This document shows positions 56,378 to 64,000 of a stretch of 64,000 bases of DNA, piece by piece (position 1 is the stretch's first letter; the number at the start of each line of letters is the position of its first letter). The DNA lies in the NCBI GenBank assembly GCA_040901965.1, contig JBBDYB010000005.1, forward strand, positions 31,345 through 95,344. Reading direction: 5' to 3'. Source of the stretch: Gemmatimonadales bacterium (GTDB lineage Bacteria > Gemmatimonadota > Gemmatimonadetes > Gemmatimonadales > GWC2-71-9). A model generated the notes under the pieces. The model was not told the DNA's origin and did not search any database. It saw nothing but the letters and a program-made list of their open reading frames with translations. The position numbers and the translations under genes are program-made.

Positions 56378-57876
56378 TGCCCCTGTCCAAAACGGGCCGT
56401 CTCGTTGCTCTTGGGGTCGCCGCGGGCCTCCTCGGCGTCCTGCTGTACGCCAGCACGTTCGTCATCCCCTATGGCGAGCTGTTCCGCGCCCAGGACCCGT
56501 TGCTGGCGGCGGACGTCGCGCGCCTTGCCCCCGCCCGGGTGGCGCGCGTCGAGCACGTGCGCGCCGTGGAGCAACTGCAAGCCGTGCTGCGCGACGCGCG
56601 GGAACGCGGGCTCAAGGTGTCGGTCGCCGGCAGCCGCCACAGCCAGGGGGGCCACACCTACACCGCCGGCGGCGTGCGGCTCGACATGCGGGGTTTCAAC
56701 CGTATCCTCGACATTGACTCAGCCGCGCGCACGATCACCGTGGAGAGCGGCGCCACCTGGGACGAGGTGCAGCGCGCCATCGCGCCGCACCGTCTCGCCG
56801 TCAAGGTCATGCAGTCGTCGAACATCTTCACGGTCGGCGGCACGCTCAGCGCCAACGCGCATGGGCGCGACCTGGACGTGACGCAGGTCGTCGAAGTCGT
56901 CCAGCGCTTCCATCTGCTGCTGGCCGACGGTCGCATCCTCGAGGTCAGCCGCGCGGCGCACCCCGAGCTGTTTTCGCTGGTGATCGGCGGCTACGGCCTC
57001 TACGGCGTGATCCTCGACGTGACGTTGCGCGTCGCGCCGGACGAGCTGTACGAGCAACAGTCGACCATCATGGACTACGCCGCATTCCCCGCCTATTTCG
57101 CGGAGCGCATCCAGGGCGACTCCGACATCGTGCTGATGCTGGCGCGCCCGTCCATCGACCCCGACCCCGCCTCGTTTCTGCGCGAGATCGTAGTCGTCAC
57201 CTGGCGCCACGCCGGTCCCGGACGGACCGGGTCCTATGAATTGACCGAAGAGCAGCACGTGTGGCGGGACAAGGTCTTCCTGGGCCTGTCGCGGCGCTTC
57301 GATTGGGCCAAGGCGCTCAGATGGAAACTCCAGAAGAAAATCGAGCTCGGCGCCGGCGAGCACCGGATCGTGTCGCGCAACAACGCGATGCGGCCGCCGC
57401 TCGCGCCGCTGGAGCTGCTGCAGTACCACTCCCGCAAAGACACCGACATCATCCAGGAGTATTACATCCCGGTCGAGAGCTTCGTCCCATTCATGGACCG
57501 GTTTCGCGCGATTCTCAGGGACGGCCGGATGAACGTGCTCAGCTCGACCGTGCGCTACGTGTCGCCCAACGCCACGCCGGCCCTCGCGTACGCGCCGCGC
57601 CGGCCGGCGTTCGCGATCATCCAGATGAGCAATGTGGGCCTGTCCGAGGACGCGCAGGCTCACGCTCGGGCCGTCACCCAGCAGCTCGTGGACGCGACGC
57701 TGGAGTTCGGCGGCACGTATTATTTGACCTACCAGCTCTATCCCACTCCGGAGCAGCTGCACCGGGCGTACCCGAACGCGCGCCGAGCCTTCGACCGGAA
57801 GCGGTTCTACGATCCCGGCGAGCTGTTCAGCAACCAGTTCTACGAGGCCTATGGCCACTCCCATCCTCCGGACTAG
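56377..57876 (+). CDS. membrane-anchored FAD-binding oxidoreductase (FAD_binding_4/PCMH type)
   Basis: It has an N-terminal TM helix. Motifs 'VSVAGSRHSQGGH', 'VESGATWDEV', 'FTVGGTLSANAHG'. Confidence 0.8.
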   Translation: MPLSKTGRLVALGVAAGLLGVLLYASTFVIPYGELFRAQDPLLAADVARLAPARVARVEHVRAVEQLQAVLRDARERGLKVSVAGSRHSQGGHTYTAGGVRLDMRGFNRILDIDSAARTITVESGATWDEVQRAIAPHRLAVKVMQSSNIFTVGGTLSANAHGRDLDVTQVVEVVQRFHLLLADGRILEVSRAAHPELFSLVIGGYGLYGVILDVTLRVAPDELYEQQSTIMDYAAFPAYFAERIQGDSDIVLMLARPSIDPDPASFLREIVVVTWRHAGPGRTGSYELTEEQHVWRDKVFLGLSRRFDWAKALRWKLQKKIELGAGEHRIVSRNNAMRPPLAPLELLQYHSRKDTDIIQEYYIPVESFVPFMDRFRAILRDGRMNVLSSTVRYVSPNATPALAYAPRRPAFAIIQMSNVGLSEDAQAHARAVTQQLVDATLEFGGTYYLTYQLYPTPEQLHRAYPNARRAFDRKRFYDPGELFSNQFYEAYGHSHPPD

Positions 57877-58783
57877 ACGGCGGAAGATTCTCGCCGCGAT
57901 CGCCGCGGTGCTGGTCCTCGCCGCCGGCTACTGCTTCGGCTACGAGCCGCGCTACAAGGGCGCCCTCGTGACGGCGCAGGTGCCGCCGCGCCCGCTCATC
58001 TTCGCGCACCGCGGCTTCGGCAATTTCGGGCCGGACAATAGCCTCTACGCGGTCGATCAGGCGTTGGACGTTGGGATGGACGGCGTGGACGTGGACGGCC
58101 AGCTCACCTGGGACGCCGAGATCGTGATCTTCCACGACCTGAGCGTGGATCGGCTCACGTCGGGCACGGGGCGCGTGCGCGACAAGACGAAGGCCGAGAT
58201 GCTGGCGTTGGACCTGGGTCCCAAGTACAACGCCGCCCTCCTGGGCGCCAACGTGCACACGTTCGAGGACTTCGTGCGCGCGGTGAAGCGGCGTGGACGG
58301 GGGATCCTGATGGTCGAGCTCAAGGTACCGGGCCTGGGCGCGAGCGGCATCGAAGCGCGCGCCGTGGAGATCATCCAGCGCCACAACGCGCACGAGAACG
58401 TGATCCTCAGCTCGTTCAATCCCTTCGTGCTGTACCGCATCAAGCGGCTCGACCCCAACGTGCGCACCGCGCTGATCTTCATGGACACCAATTGGAATCC
58501 CGAGCTGCTCGCCGAGATCAAGCCGGAGGACCGGGTGGACCTGCCGTGGATCGTGCGCCAGGAGTTCATCCGCCGCGCGATCCGCAAGATCATCCGGCCC
58601 GACCTGCTCAGCATCAATCACGCCGTGAACCCGCGGGTCACCAACCGCTTGATCGCCAAAGGCTGGCCGGTGTTCATCTGGACCGTCAACGAAGCGCCCG
58701 ACATCCGCGCAGCCCTGGAGAAGCGCCCGTACGGCGTGATCTCGGATCAGCCGATCCGTGCGAAGCAGCTGCGCGATCAGTGA
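57851..58783 (+). CDS. glycerophosphodiester phosphodiesterase family protein
   Basis: It has an N-terminal TM helix. Motifs 'IFAHRGF', 'DGVDVDGQLTWDAEIVIFHD', 'MVELK', 'WTVN'. Confidence 0.85.
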   Translation: MATPILRTRRRKILAAIAAVLVLAAGYCFGYEPRYKGALVTAQVPPRPLIFAHRGFGNFGPDNSLYAVDQALDVGMDGVDVDGQLTWDAEIVIFHDLSVDRLTSGTGRVRDKTKAEMLALDLGPKYNAALLGANVHTFEDFVRAVKRRGRGILMVELKVPGLGASGIEARAVEIIQRHNAHENVILSSFNPFVLYRIKRLDPNVRTALIFMDTNWNPELLAEIKPEDRVDLPWIVRQEFIRRAIRKIIRPDLLSINHAVNPRVTNRLIAKGWPVFIWTVNEAPDIRAALEKRPYGVISDQPIRAKQLRDQ

Positions 58784-58792
58784 GCGGGAGCG

Positions 58793-59434
58793 ATGCACGA
58801 GCCGGCCGTCGTCCTCACCGATCTCGTGCTCGCCATCCTGGGCGCGGTGCTGGGCTGGCGGCTGACGGGGCAGGGCCGCGTCATCCTGGGTGGGCTCGCG
58901 AGTGCGGCGTTTTGGGGCGCGGTGTTTCATGCGTTTTTCCCCGCCCGCACAGCCACGACCGCCGGCTTCATCGCGTGGCTGCTAGTAGCCGTTTCGATCC
59001 TCGTCGTCGCGGCGGGATTGTTGGATTTGGCTTTGACCATGCTCATGGCTCGGCTGACCCCGGGCGGCAGCCCGGGGAGCACCAGAGCACGTCGCGCCAT
59101 CGTCCTCGGGTACTGCGCCGTCTTCCTCGCCCTCCTTCTGTTCGTTGACGAGTCATTCTCCATGATCGTGCGGCTGTACGCGCCGATCCTCCTGCTCGCG
59201 CTCGCGGCCGCGGCGCTCGAGGCGATCCGCGCGCGCAGCCGGGCCTGGGCGCTTGTCGCGCTCGGCCTGACGCTGTCCGCGGCGGCCGCGCTGCTGCAGC
59301 AAGCGCGCGTCGCGCTCCATCCGGTCTATTTCGACCACAACGCGGTCTATCACGTCGTGCAGGCCGCGGCGCTGGTGGTCCTGTACGTGGGATTCCATGA
59401 ACGCCGAACGGATTCAGCAGCTCGCGCGGGATGA
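58793..59434 (+). CDS. hypothetical polytopic membrane protein
   Basis: About seven hydrophobic segments. C-terminal 'YFDHNAVYHVVQAAALV'. No confident family assignment. Confidence 0.6.
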   Translation: MHEPAVVLTDLVLAILGAVLGWRLTGQGRVILGGLASAAFWGAVFHAFFPARTATTAGFIAWLLVAVSILVVAAGLLDLALTMLMARLTPGGSPGSTRARRAIVLGYCAVFLALLLFVDESFSMIVRLYAPILLLALAAAALEAIRARSRAWALVALGLTLSAAAALLQQARVALHPVYFDHNAVYHVVQAAALVVLYVGFHERRTDSAARAG

Positions 59435-59981
59435 GCGGCTGGCGCGGCGCGCCGGCTTTTGGTGGGGCCTTGCCGAAGGCTTTCTCTTCTTTATCGTGCC
59501 CGACGTCTACGTCAGCTTTGCCGCGCTGTTTTCGTTGCGGGCGGGGCTCGTCGCCTGGGTCGCATCCATCGCCGGCTCCCTGGCCGGCGTCCTTGTCATT
59601 TACCTGCTTGTGGTCGTGCTCGGGTTCGACTACGTGCGGTTCCTCGATGCGATTCCCGGGATTCCGCCGCGGATGCTCTTCGACGTGGGCGCCGAGCTGG
59701 GAGCACAGGGGCTGCCGTACATGCCGCTGCTGATTCTGGGAGGCGTGCCGCTCAAGGTGTACGCCGGGATCGCGTTCTTCTTGGGGACGGGCTTGGTGCC
59801 CGTGTTGCTCTGGACGGTGTTCGCGCGGATCGTGCGGATGGCGCCGGTGTTCGCGGTGGCCGCGGCGGCGCGCCTCCTGTTCCGGCGCTCGATTGACGGG
59901 CGGCCCGTGCTCTGGTGCACCGTCCTCGGCGCCATTTGGTTCGGCTTCTATGTGTTCTACTTCGTGCGCATGAGCCGCTAG
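59397..59981 (+). CDS. hypothetical polytopic membrane protein
   Basis: Four to five hydrophobic segments. It overlaps the previous gene by 38 nt, so the start is uncertain. Confidence 0.55.
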   Translation: MNAERIQQLARDERLARRAGFWWGLAEGFLFFIVPDVYVSFAALFSLRAGLVAWVASIAGSLAGVLVIYLLVVVLGFDYVRFLDAIPGIPPRMLFDVGAELGAQGLPYMPLLILGGVPLKVYAGIAFFLGTGLVPVLLWTVFARIVRMAPVFAVAAAARLLFRRSIDGRPVLWCTVLGAIWFGFYVFYFVRMSR

Positions 59982-60646
59982 GGCGTCTCGATCCGCGCGA
60001 TCTTGACGGCGTCGAGCCTGGGGAACTGCCGCTCGAGGTACCGGTTGCCCTCCGCCTGCATCCGCTCCTGGCTCGGGCCGCGGCCGCGCGGTGCGCCCTC
60101 GCCGTAATCGTCATAGAGTTGGTCCACCACCTCCATCCCTTCGACAACCTCCCCGAATGGGGCAAATCCCATCGCGTCGAGCCGGTCGTTGTTGCCGAAG
60201 TTGATGAACACCTGGGTCGTGCGCGTGCCCGGACCGGCGGTCGCGAATGAGACCATGCTTCGCACGTTGGTACGGCGCACCGGATCGTCGGGGATGTACT
60301 GGTAGTGCCACACCGCCGACACCGCCGAGTCGCCGTGAATCCCGAACTGCGCCATGAAGCCCGGGAGCACGCGGAAGAAGCGCACGCCGTCGTAATAGCC
60401 CGAGCGGACCAGGTTGTAGAAGCGGTCGGCGCCGCGCGGGGCCCACGCGCGCTGCACGGCGATCACGAAGACGCCCTTCGTGGTCTCGAAGCGGGCGCGG
60501 AACGTGTCCGGAGCCTGAACGCTGAACGCCGCGCTCGTGGGATGCTTGATATCCGGCGCCGTGCCGGGGCCCGAAGCCTGGGGCGGCTGGTCCGCTTTGC
60601 GGCAGGCGGCGGCGAGCGTGAGAGCGATCAGCAGTAGCCGGGGCAT
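59978..60646 (-). CDS. peptidyl-prolyl cis-trans isomerase (cyclophilin type), lipoprotein
   Basis: The internal ATG at 60646 gives 'MPRLLLIALTLAAAC'. Motifs 'YYDGVRFFRVLPGFMAQFG', 'SFATAGPGTRTTQVFIN', 'FGEVVEGMEVVD'. Confidence 0.88.
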   Translation of the reverse strand: MPRLLLIALTLAAACRKADQPPQASGPGTAPDIKHPTSAAFSVQAPDTFRARFETTKGVFVIAVQRAWAPRGADRFYNLVRSGYYDGVRFFRVLPGFMAQFGIHGDSAVSAVWHYQYIPDDPVRRTNVRSMVSFATAGPGTRTTQVFINFGNNDRLDAMGFAPFGEVVEGMEVVDQLYDDYGEGAPRGRGPSQERMQAEGNRYLERQFPRLDAVKIARIETP

Positions 60647-60818
60647 GCGCAACTCCGTACGAGTGGATACCGCCAAAATAATCAGGTGGCAAAGCCCTGC
60701 GTGGCACCCATGCAACACCTCCGGCCCGCCCGGCCAGCAGGCCCCCCTTGCGGCGGCCATGCGTCAGGCGCACGGAGCTTGCAGCCCCTCATCCTGCCAC
60801 CCTCTCCGGAGCGACTCG

Positions 60819-61706
60819 ATGACAGCCCGTGTCTTCCTCGGCACGATCGCCGGCCTACTGGCCGCGGCATGCGCCGAATCCGCAGACCGTCCCAGCGGGA
60901 CAGAGCGTCTTGCGGCCCCCCTGTTTGCCGCAACCCCGGCACCCGATCTCGACGGCGTCCCGGACCTGACCGTGGATGCCAGGCGCCTCGCCCACTCGTG
61001 GCTGGTCCGCGACGAGGAGGTGAGTCAATGCGCGATCCTCGAGGGCGGCGTGAGCCCGGGCACGCACCGCCTGCTGCGCTTCACCGCCACGACGCCCAAC
61101 GTCGGCACGGCCGATGTATTCGTCGGCGATCCGCTCGAGCACGTCGCGGCAAACGACGGCACGTTCGAGTTCGCGACCTGCCACGATCACTTCCACTTCC
61201 GCAACTACGCGACCTACGAGCTGATCTCCGTCTCGACGGGCGCCGTCGTGCAGGCGGCGAAGCGGGGCTTCTGCATGGTGGACGTGACGCCCGCGGGGGG
61301 CAGCGGCGCCGCGCCGGGGCGGCGCCTGTACGAGAGCTGCGGCACGCGCTCGTCCCCCGGCAATCAGGGGATCAGCGTTGGATGGGCCGACTCCTATAAC
61401 CGGCTGTTGGACGGCCAGTACTTCGTGCTCGACGAACCGGGGGCGGCGGTTCCGGCGGGCGACTACGTGGTGCGTATCACCGTGAATCCGCCCTTCGTGT
61501 GCGGCGACGGAGACGGCAGCCGCCCGCGCGACGCAGCCGGATTCTGCCGCATGTTCGCCGAGAGCGATTACGCCAATAACGTGGGCGAGGCGGCCATCAC
61601 GATTGCCGACGACACGAGGAACGCTTCCGGACCCGGTCTGTCGGACGCACTCTCGCCCGACGAGCTCGCCGGCATCATGACGAAGACGCGGCAACCGCAT
61701 CATTAA
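60819..61706 (+). CDS. lysyl-oxidase-like copper amine oxidase domain lipoprotein
   Basis: The internal ATG at 60819 gives the lipobox 'LLAAAC'. 'ATCHDHFHFRNYATYEL' parallels LOX 'SCHQHYHSMDEFSHYDL'. 'KRGFCMVD' parallels 'KASFCLED'. 'GISVGWADSY' and 'ESDYANN' parallel 'ESDYTNN'. Confidence 0.75.
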   Translation: MTARVFLGTIAGLLAAACAESADRPSGTERLAAPLFAATPAPDLDGVPDLTVDARRLAHSWLVRDEEVSQCAILEGGVSPGTHRLLRFTATTPNVGTADVFVGDPLEHVAANDGTFEFATCHDHFHFRNYATYELISVSTGAVVQAAKRGFCMVDVTPAGGSGAAPGRRLYESCGTRSSPGNQGISVGWADSYNRLLDGQYFVLDEPGAAVPAGDYVVRITVNPPFVCGDGDGSRPRDAAGFCRMFAESDYANNVGEAAITIADDTRNASGPGLSDALSPDELAGIMTKTRQPHH

Positions 61707-61732
61707 TTCCGAGATTCGAGTAGGTGGTCCCT

Positions 61733-61762
61733 GGCCCGGCGTCGCCGCCGGGCCGTTTTTTC
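61733..61762 (+). terminator. rho-independent terminator after the LOX-like gene
   Basis: Stem GGCCCGGCG/CGCCGGGCC with loop TCGC, followed by GTTTTTTCTT. Confidence 0.8.
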
Positions 61763-61953
61763 TTGGCGCCGCGGAACTGTGGCTCGTGGCTGCCACGGTG
61801 TGGCGCGAATCCTGACGCGCACCCGCGACACACAGTAGGCGCGCAGCCTTGGCGCAGGCACTCGGCCCCTGGCACTTGGCTTGCGTGTCTGGCACGCGGA
61901 TCGAGTAATGCGTTCGCAACGTGTACCGACGTGTACCGAAAGGAATGGGACAC

Positions 61954-62565
61954 ATGAGTAAGGCGAGACATTCATCGTTGGCGCTGGGCGCGCTCGCGGC
62001 GGCGCTGATTGCGGTGGCCTGCCAGACCGAGCCGGTCGGCGCGCCGAGCTTCGGCGTGAAGCCTCCTCCACCGCCCAAGAAGGACGAAGGCGGCTGCGCG
62101 AACTTCCGGCTCACGGGCGGCGGCCGCATCGATGAACGCGACCACACCGGGTTCGCCAAGAGCACGCCGCAATCCCGCGACTTTGCGACGTTCGGCTTCC
62201 AGGCGCGCCCCACCAAGGCGTGTCCGCCCACGGACGGCAGCGGGCAGTTCCAGTGGAACGAGCACAACCCCGACGGATTCGGCGGCGGATTCTCCTTCCA
62301 CGGGCGGGTGACGTTCTTCACGACGCCGACCGACGAGACCGCGGGCGATTCGCGCTGCGGGCGCTTCGGCGGGTCCGGCACCCTGCGGACGCGCAATAGC
62401 GGCACCTCGGAGAACGTGCCGTTCGAGGTGAATCACGCCTGCGACAACGGCGAGCCCGGCGTGGGGAACGACCACATCAAGCTCACGATCAGTACCGTGT
62501 ACACGCGCCACGGCATTCTGTCGGGCGGCAACATCCAGCAGCACAGGCTGACTGGAAACTTCTGA
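61954..62565 (+). CDS. hypothetical lipoprotein (motifs 'DNGEPGVGND' and 'GGNIQQH')
   Basis: ATG 61954 is preceded by AAAGGAA. Lipobox 'LIAVAC'. It lies next to a choice-of-anchor-like secreted protein. Confidence 0.65.
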   Translation: MSKARHSSLALGALAAALIAVACQTEPVGAPSFGVKPPPPPKKDEGGCANFRLTGGGRIDERDHTGFAKSTPQSRDFATFGFQARPTKACPPTDGSGQFQWNEHNPDGFGGGFSFHGRVTFFTTPTDETAGDSRCGRFGGSGTLRTRNSGTSENVPFEVNHACDNGEPGVGNDHIKLTISTVYTRHGILSGGNIQQHRLTGNF

Positions 62566-62587
62566 GGCTCGCAAAGGAGAATTGACC

Positions 62588-63229
62588 ATGAAAGCGATAG
62601 GAATTCGCGCGCTCGCGGTCGTGAGCGGCCTCGGCCTGCTCGCCGGACCGGCGCTCGCGCAGAGCGTGTCGGGGACCGCGTACGGCGCGTACGTGAATGC
62701 GCTGGGCGTGACCAGCCAGTCCGCGGTCGCGTCCGTGAGCGACACGGGAGGCCTTGCCGCGGCCAACGCTGATTCGTACCAGGTGCCCAGCGCCGTCTCG
62801 GCGAACTGGCTGAGCGCCACGAGCAGCGGCGCCGTCGGCAGCGGCAGCGACAAGAACTCCGGCGCGCAAAGCGTGTCCGAGCTCGAGACCGTCAGCGTGC
62901 TGTCCGGCGTGATTCGGGCCGACGTGGTGACGGCGGTGGCGAGCAGTTACGTGACCGGAACCGGGGCCGGGAGCAACGGCACCGGATCGGGGTTCGCCAA
63001 CCTCGTGGTGAACGGCGTCGCGGTCATTACCGAGGTCGCGCCCAATACCCGCGTGACACTCCCCGGCGTGGGGTATGCGGTGTTCAACGAGCAGACCCCC
63101 TCGGGCGATGGCGTAACATCGTCCGGTATCCGCGTGACCATGATTCGGGTGGTTCTGCAGGATGCGCTCACCGGGGCCAAGACCGGCGAGATCGTCGTGG
63201 GATCCGCCGCAAGTAGCGTCACGCGCTAG
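62588..63229 (+). CDS. secreted protein resembling the choice-of-anchor P family
   Basis: AAAGGAG lies 8-9 nt before ATG 62588. Signal peptide 'LLAGPALAQ'. The pattern 'FANLVVNGVAV...VTLPGVGYAVFNEQ...GIRVTMIRVVL' is recalled from that family. The family name is from memory and unverified. Confidence 0.55.
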   Translation: MKAIGIRALAVVSGLGLLAGPALAQSVSGTAYGAYVNALGVTSQSAVASVSDTGGLAAANADSYQVPSAVSANWLSATSSGAVGSGSDKNSGAQSVSELETVSVLSGVIRADVVTAVASSYVTGTGAGSNGTGSGFANLVVNGVAVITEVAPNTRVTLPGVGYAVFNEQTPSGDGVTSSGIRVTMIRVVLQDALTGAKTGEIVVGSAASSVTR

Positions 63230-63255
63230 CACCGCGCGGGACGTAGTAGTAGAAA

Positions 63256-63315
63256 GCGCATGCCCGTTTCCGGGGACGTTCCCGCCCCCGGAAAGGGGCA
63301 TGGCGCGTTTGTGTT
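63256..63315 (+). terminator. long imperfect hairpin plus U-rich tail after the secreted-protein genes
   Basis: GCGCATGCCCGTTTCCGGGG ... CCCCGGAAAGGGGCATGGCGC, followed by GTTTGTGTT. Confidence 0.6.
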
Positions 63316-63400
63316 CCAGATTAACCCTCAGTAACCCGGCACCAATCTTGCCCTTGTAGCCCAGCACGCAGGCTACCTTCTCTCTTCTCCACGGGGACCG

Positions 63401-64000
63401 ATGACGGCGACCGGCGCTCCGCGCGCCTCATTCTGCATCCTGGCCCTGGCGCTGGGCGCTGCGGCATGCGGCAAAGCGCCGCTCGGCCCCGCGCAAGGTT
63501 CCGGCACGGGCGCGCCGCGGTCCGGCTATCAGGTCGTGGATCTGGGCCACCTGGGCGGGGGGTGGACGGTCCCTGAGGCGTTGACCGATGACGGCCGCGT
63601 GGTCGGCACGAGCATCACGGCGTCCGGCGTGCGACGCGGCTTTCTCTACGAGAACGGCGTGATGCGCGCGCTGGCCGAGTCGGGGCCCTTCGCCCGCAAT
63701 GAGGCCCAGGCGATCAATCCCGCGGGGCAGATCGCGGGCATCGAATCGGGCCTGCACGCGGTGCTCATTTGGGACGGGGTCACGGGCGCGCCGCGGCGGC
63801 TCGACACCGGAGCGTCGGCACCTCCCGCCACGCGGATCATCGGGTTCAACGAGCGCGGGGACGTCCTCGTCCGGCTCGATAACAATCACTACGACGTGCG
63901 CGCCACGTTGTGGCGCGATGGCGTGGCCCAGGAGCTGGGCGGTCTCGGCACGCGCGGGTGGACTTATGCGAACGCCTGGAACTCCCGTGGCGAGGTGATC
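63401..64000 (+). CDS. lipoprotein with HAF-type extracellular repeats, 3' end truncated by window edge
   Basis: It is not in the ORF track because it runs off the window. ATG 63401 is open for all 200 codons. Lipobox 'LGAAAC'. Repeated pattern 'A.AIN..GQIAG' / 'GF...G....L'. Confidence 0.6.
   Translation, partial: MTATGAPRASFCILALALGAAACGKAPLGPAQGSGTGAPRSGYQVVDLGHLGGGWTVPEALTDDGRVVGTSITASGVRRGFLYENGVMRALAESGPFARNEAQAINPAGQIAGIESGLHAVLIWDGVTGAPRRLDTGASAPPATRIIGFNERGDVLVRLDNNHYDVRATLWRDGVAQELGGLGTRGWTYANAWNSRGEVI

Overview
This is a 64 kb, densely coding, high-GC bacterial chromosome segment. Hand counts of 60-nt lines give about 65-70% GC in housekeeping genes. Phylum cannot be assigned from sequence alone. 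Most genes lie in long co-directional runs with 1-4 nt stop/start overlaps (ATGA, GTGA, TGATG).

Recognisable content:
- An XPD/DinG-type Fe-S helicase carrying an N-terminal JAMM/JAB domain.
- A copper-protein cluster: CHRD lipoprotein, a cupredoxin, and a beta-barrel-cupredoxin fusion.
- gltX, two tRNA-Ser genes, and a decayed integrase next to one of them.
- A complete histidine operon compressed into six ORFs by fusions (hisG, hisC-HAD, hisB, hisHF, hisA-hisIE, hisD). It is preceded by a His-codon-rich leader ORF plus a terminator.
- An RND efflux operon and a DUF2723 membrane glycosyltransferase-like gene.
- purH/purN, a secreted S1 protease, gmhB, selA, valS and thrS.
- A thiolase/bioY/CPBP/hbd/acd/ldh/rpiB/glyA run.
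- A lower-GC three-gene islet (small ORF, PD-(D/E)xK-motif protein, RusA-like frame).
- An IS200/RAYT-type Y1 transposase embedded in a family of about 85-nt structured REP-like hairpin units.
- Assorted enzymes, and a terminal cluster of secreted proteins including a lysyl-oxidase-like protein.

Things worth a second look:
- The candidate his attenuator and the his gene fusions.
- The JAB-DinG architecture.
- The nuclease islet, which has an in-frame TAG junction.
- The REP/RAYT system, whose hairpins show compensatory substitutions.
- A MITE-like inverted-repeat element of about 90 nt sitting in-frame inside bioY.
- Two apparent frameshifts, one of them in a G9 tract.
- Several genes whose conserved N-termini lack an ATG/GTG/TTG start.

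I found no CRISPR array and no rRNA. No clearly complete novel multi-gene system can be proven from sequence alone. The islet at 46.3-47.9 kb and the JAB-DinG gene are the best candidates.
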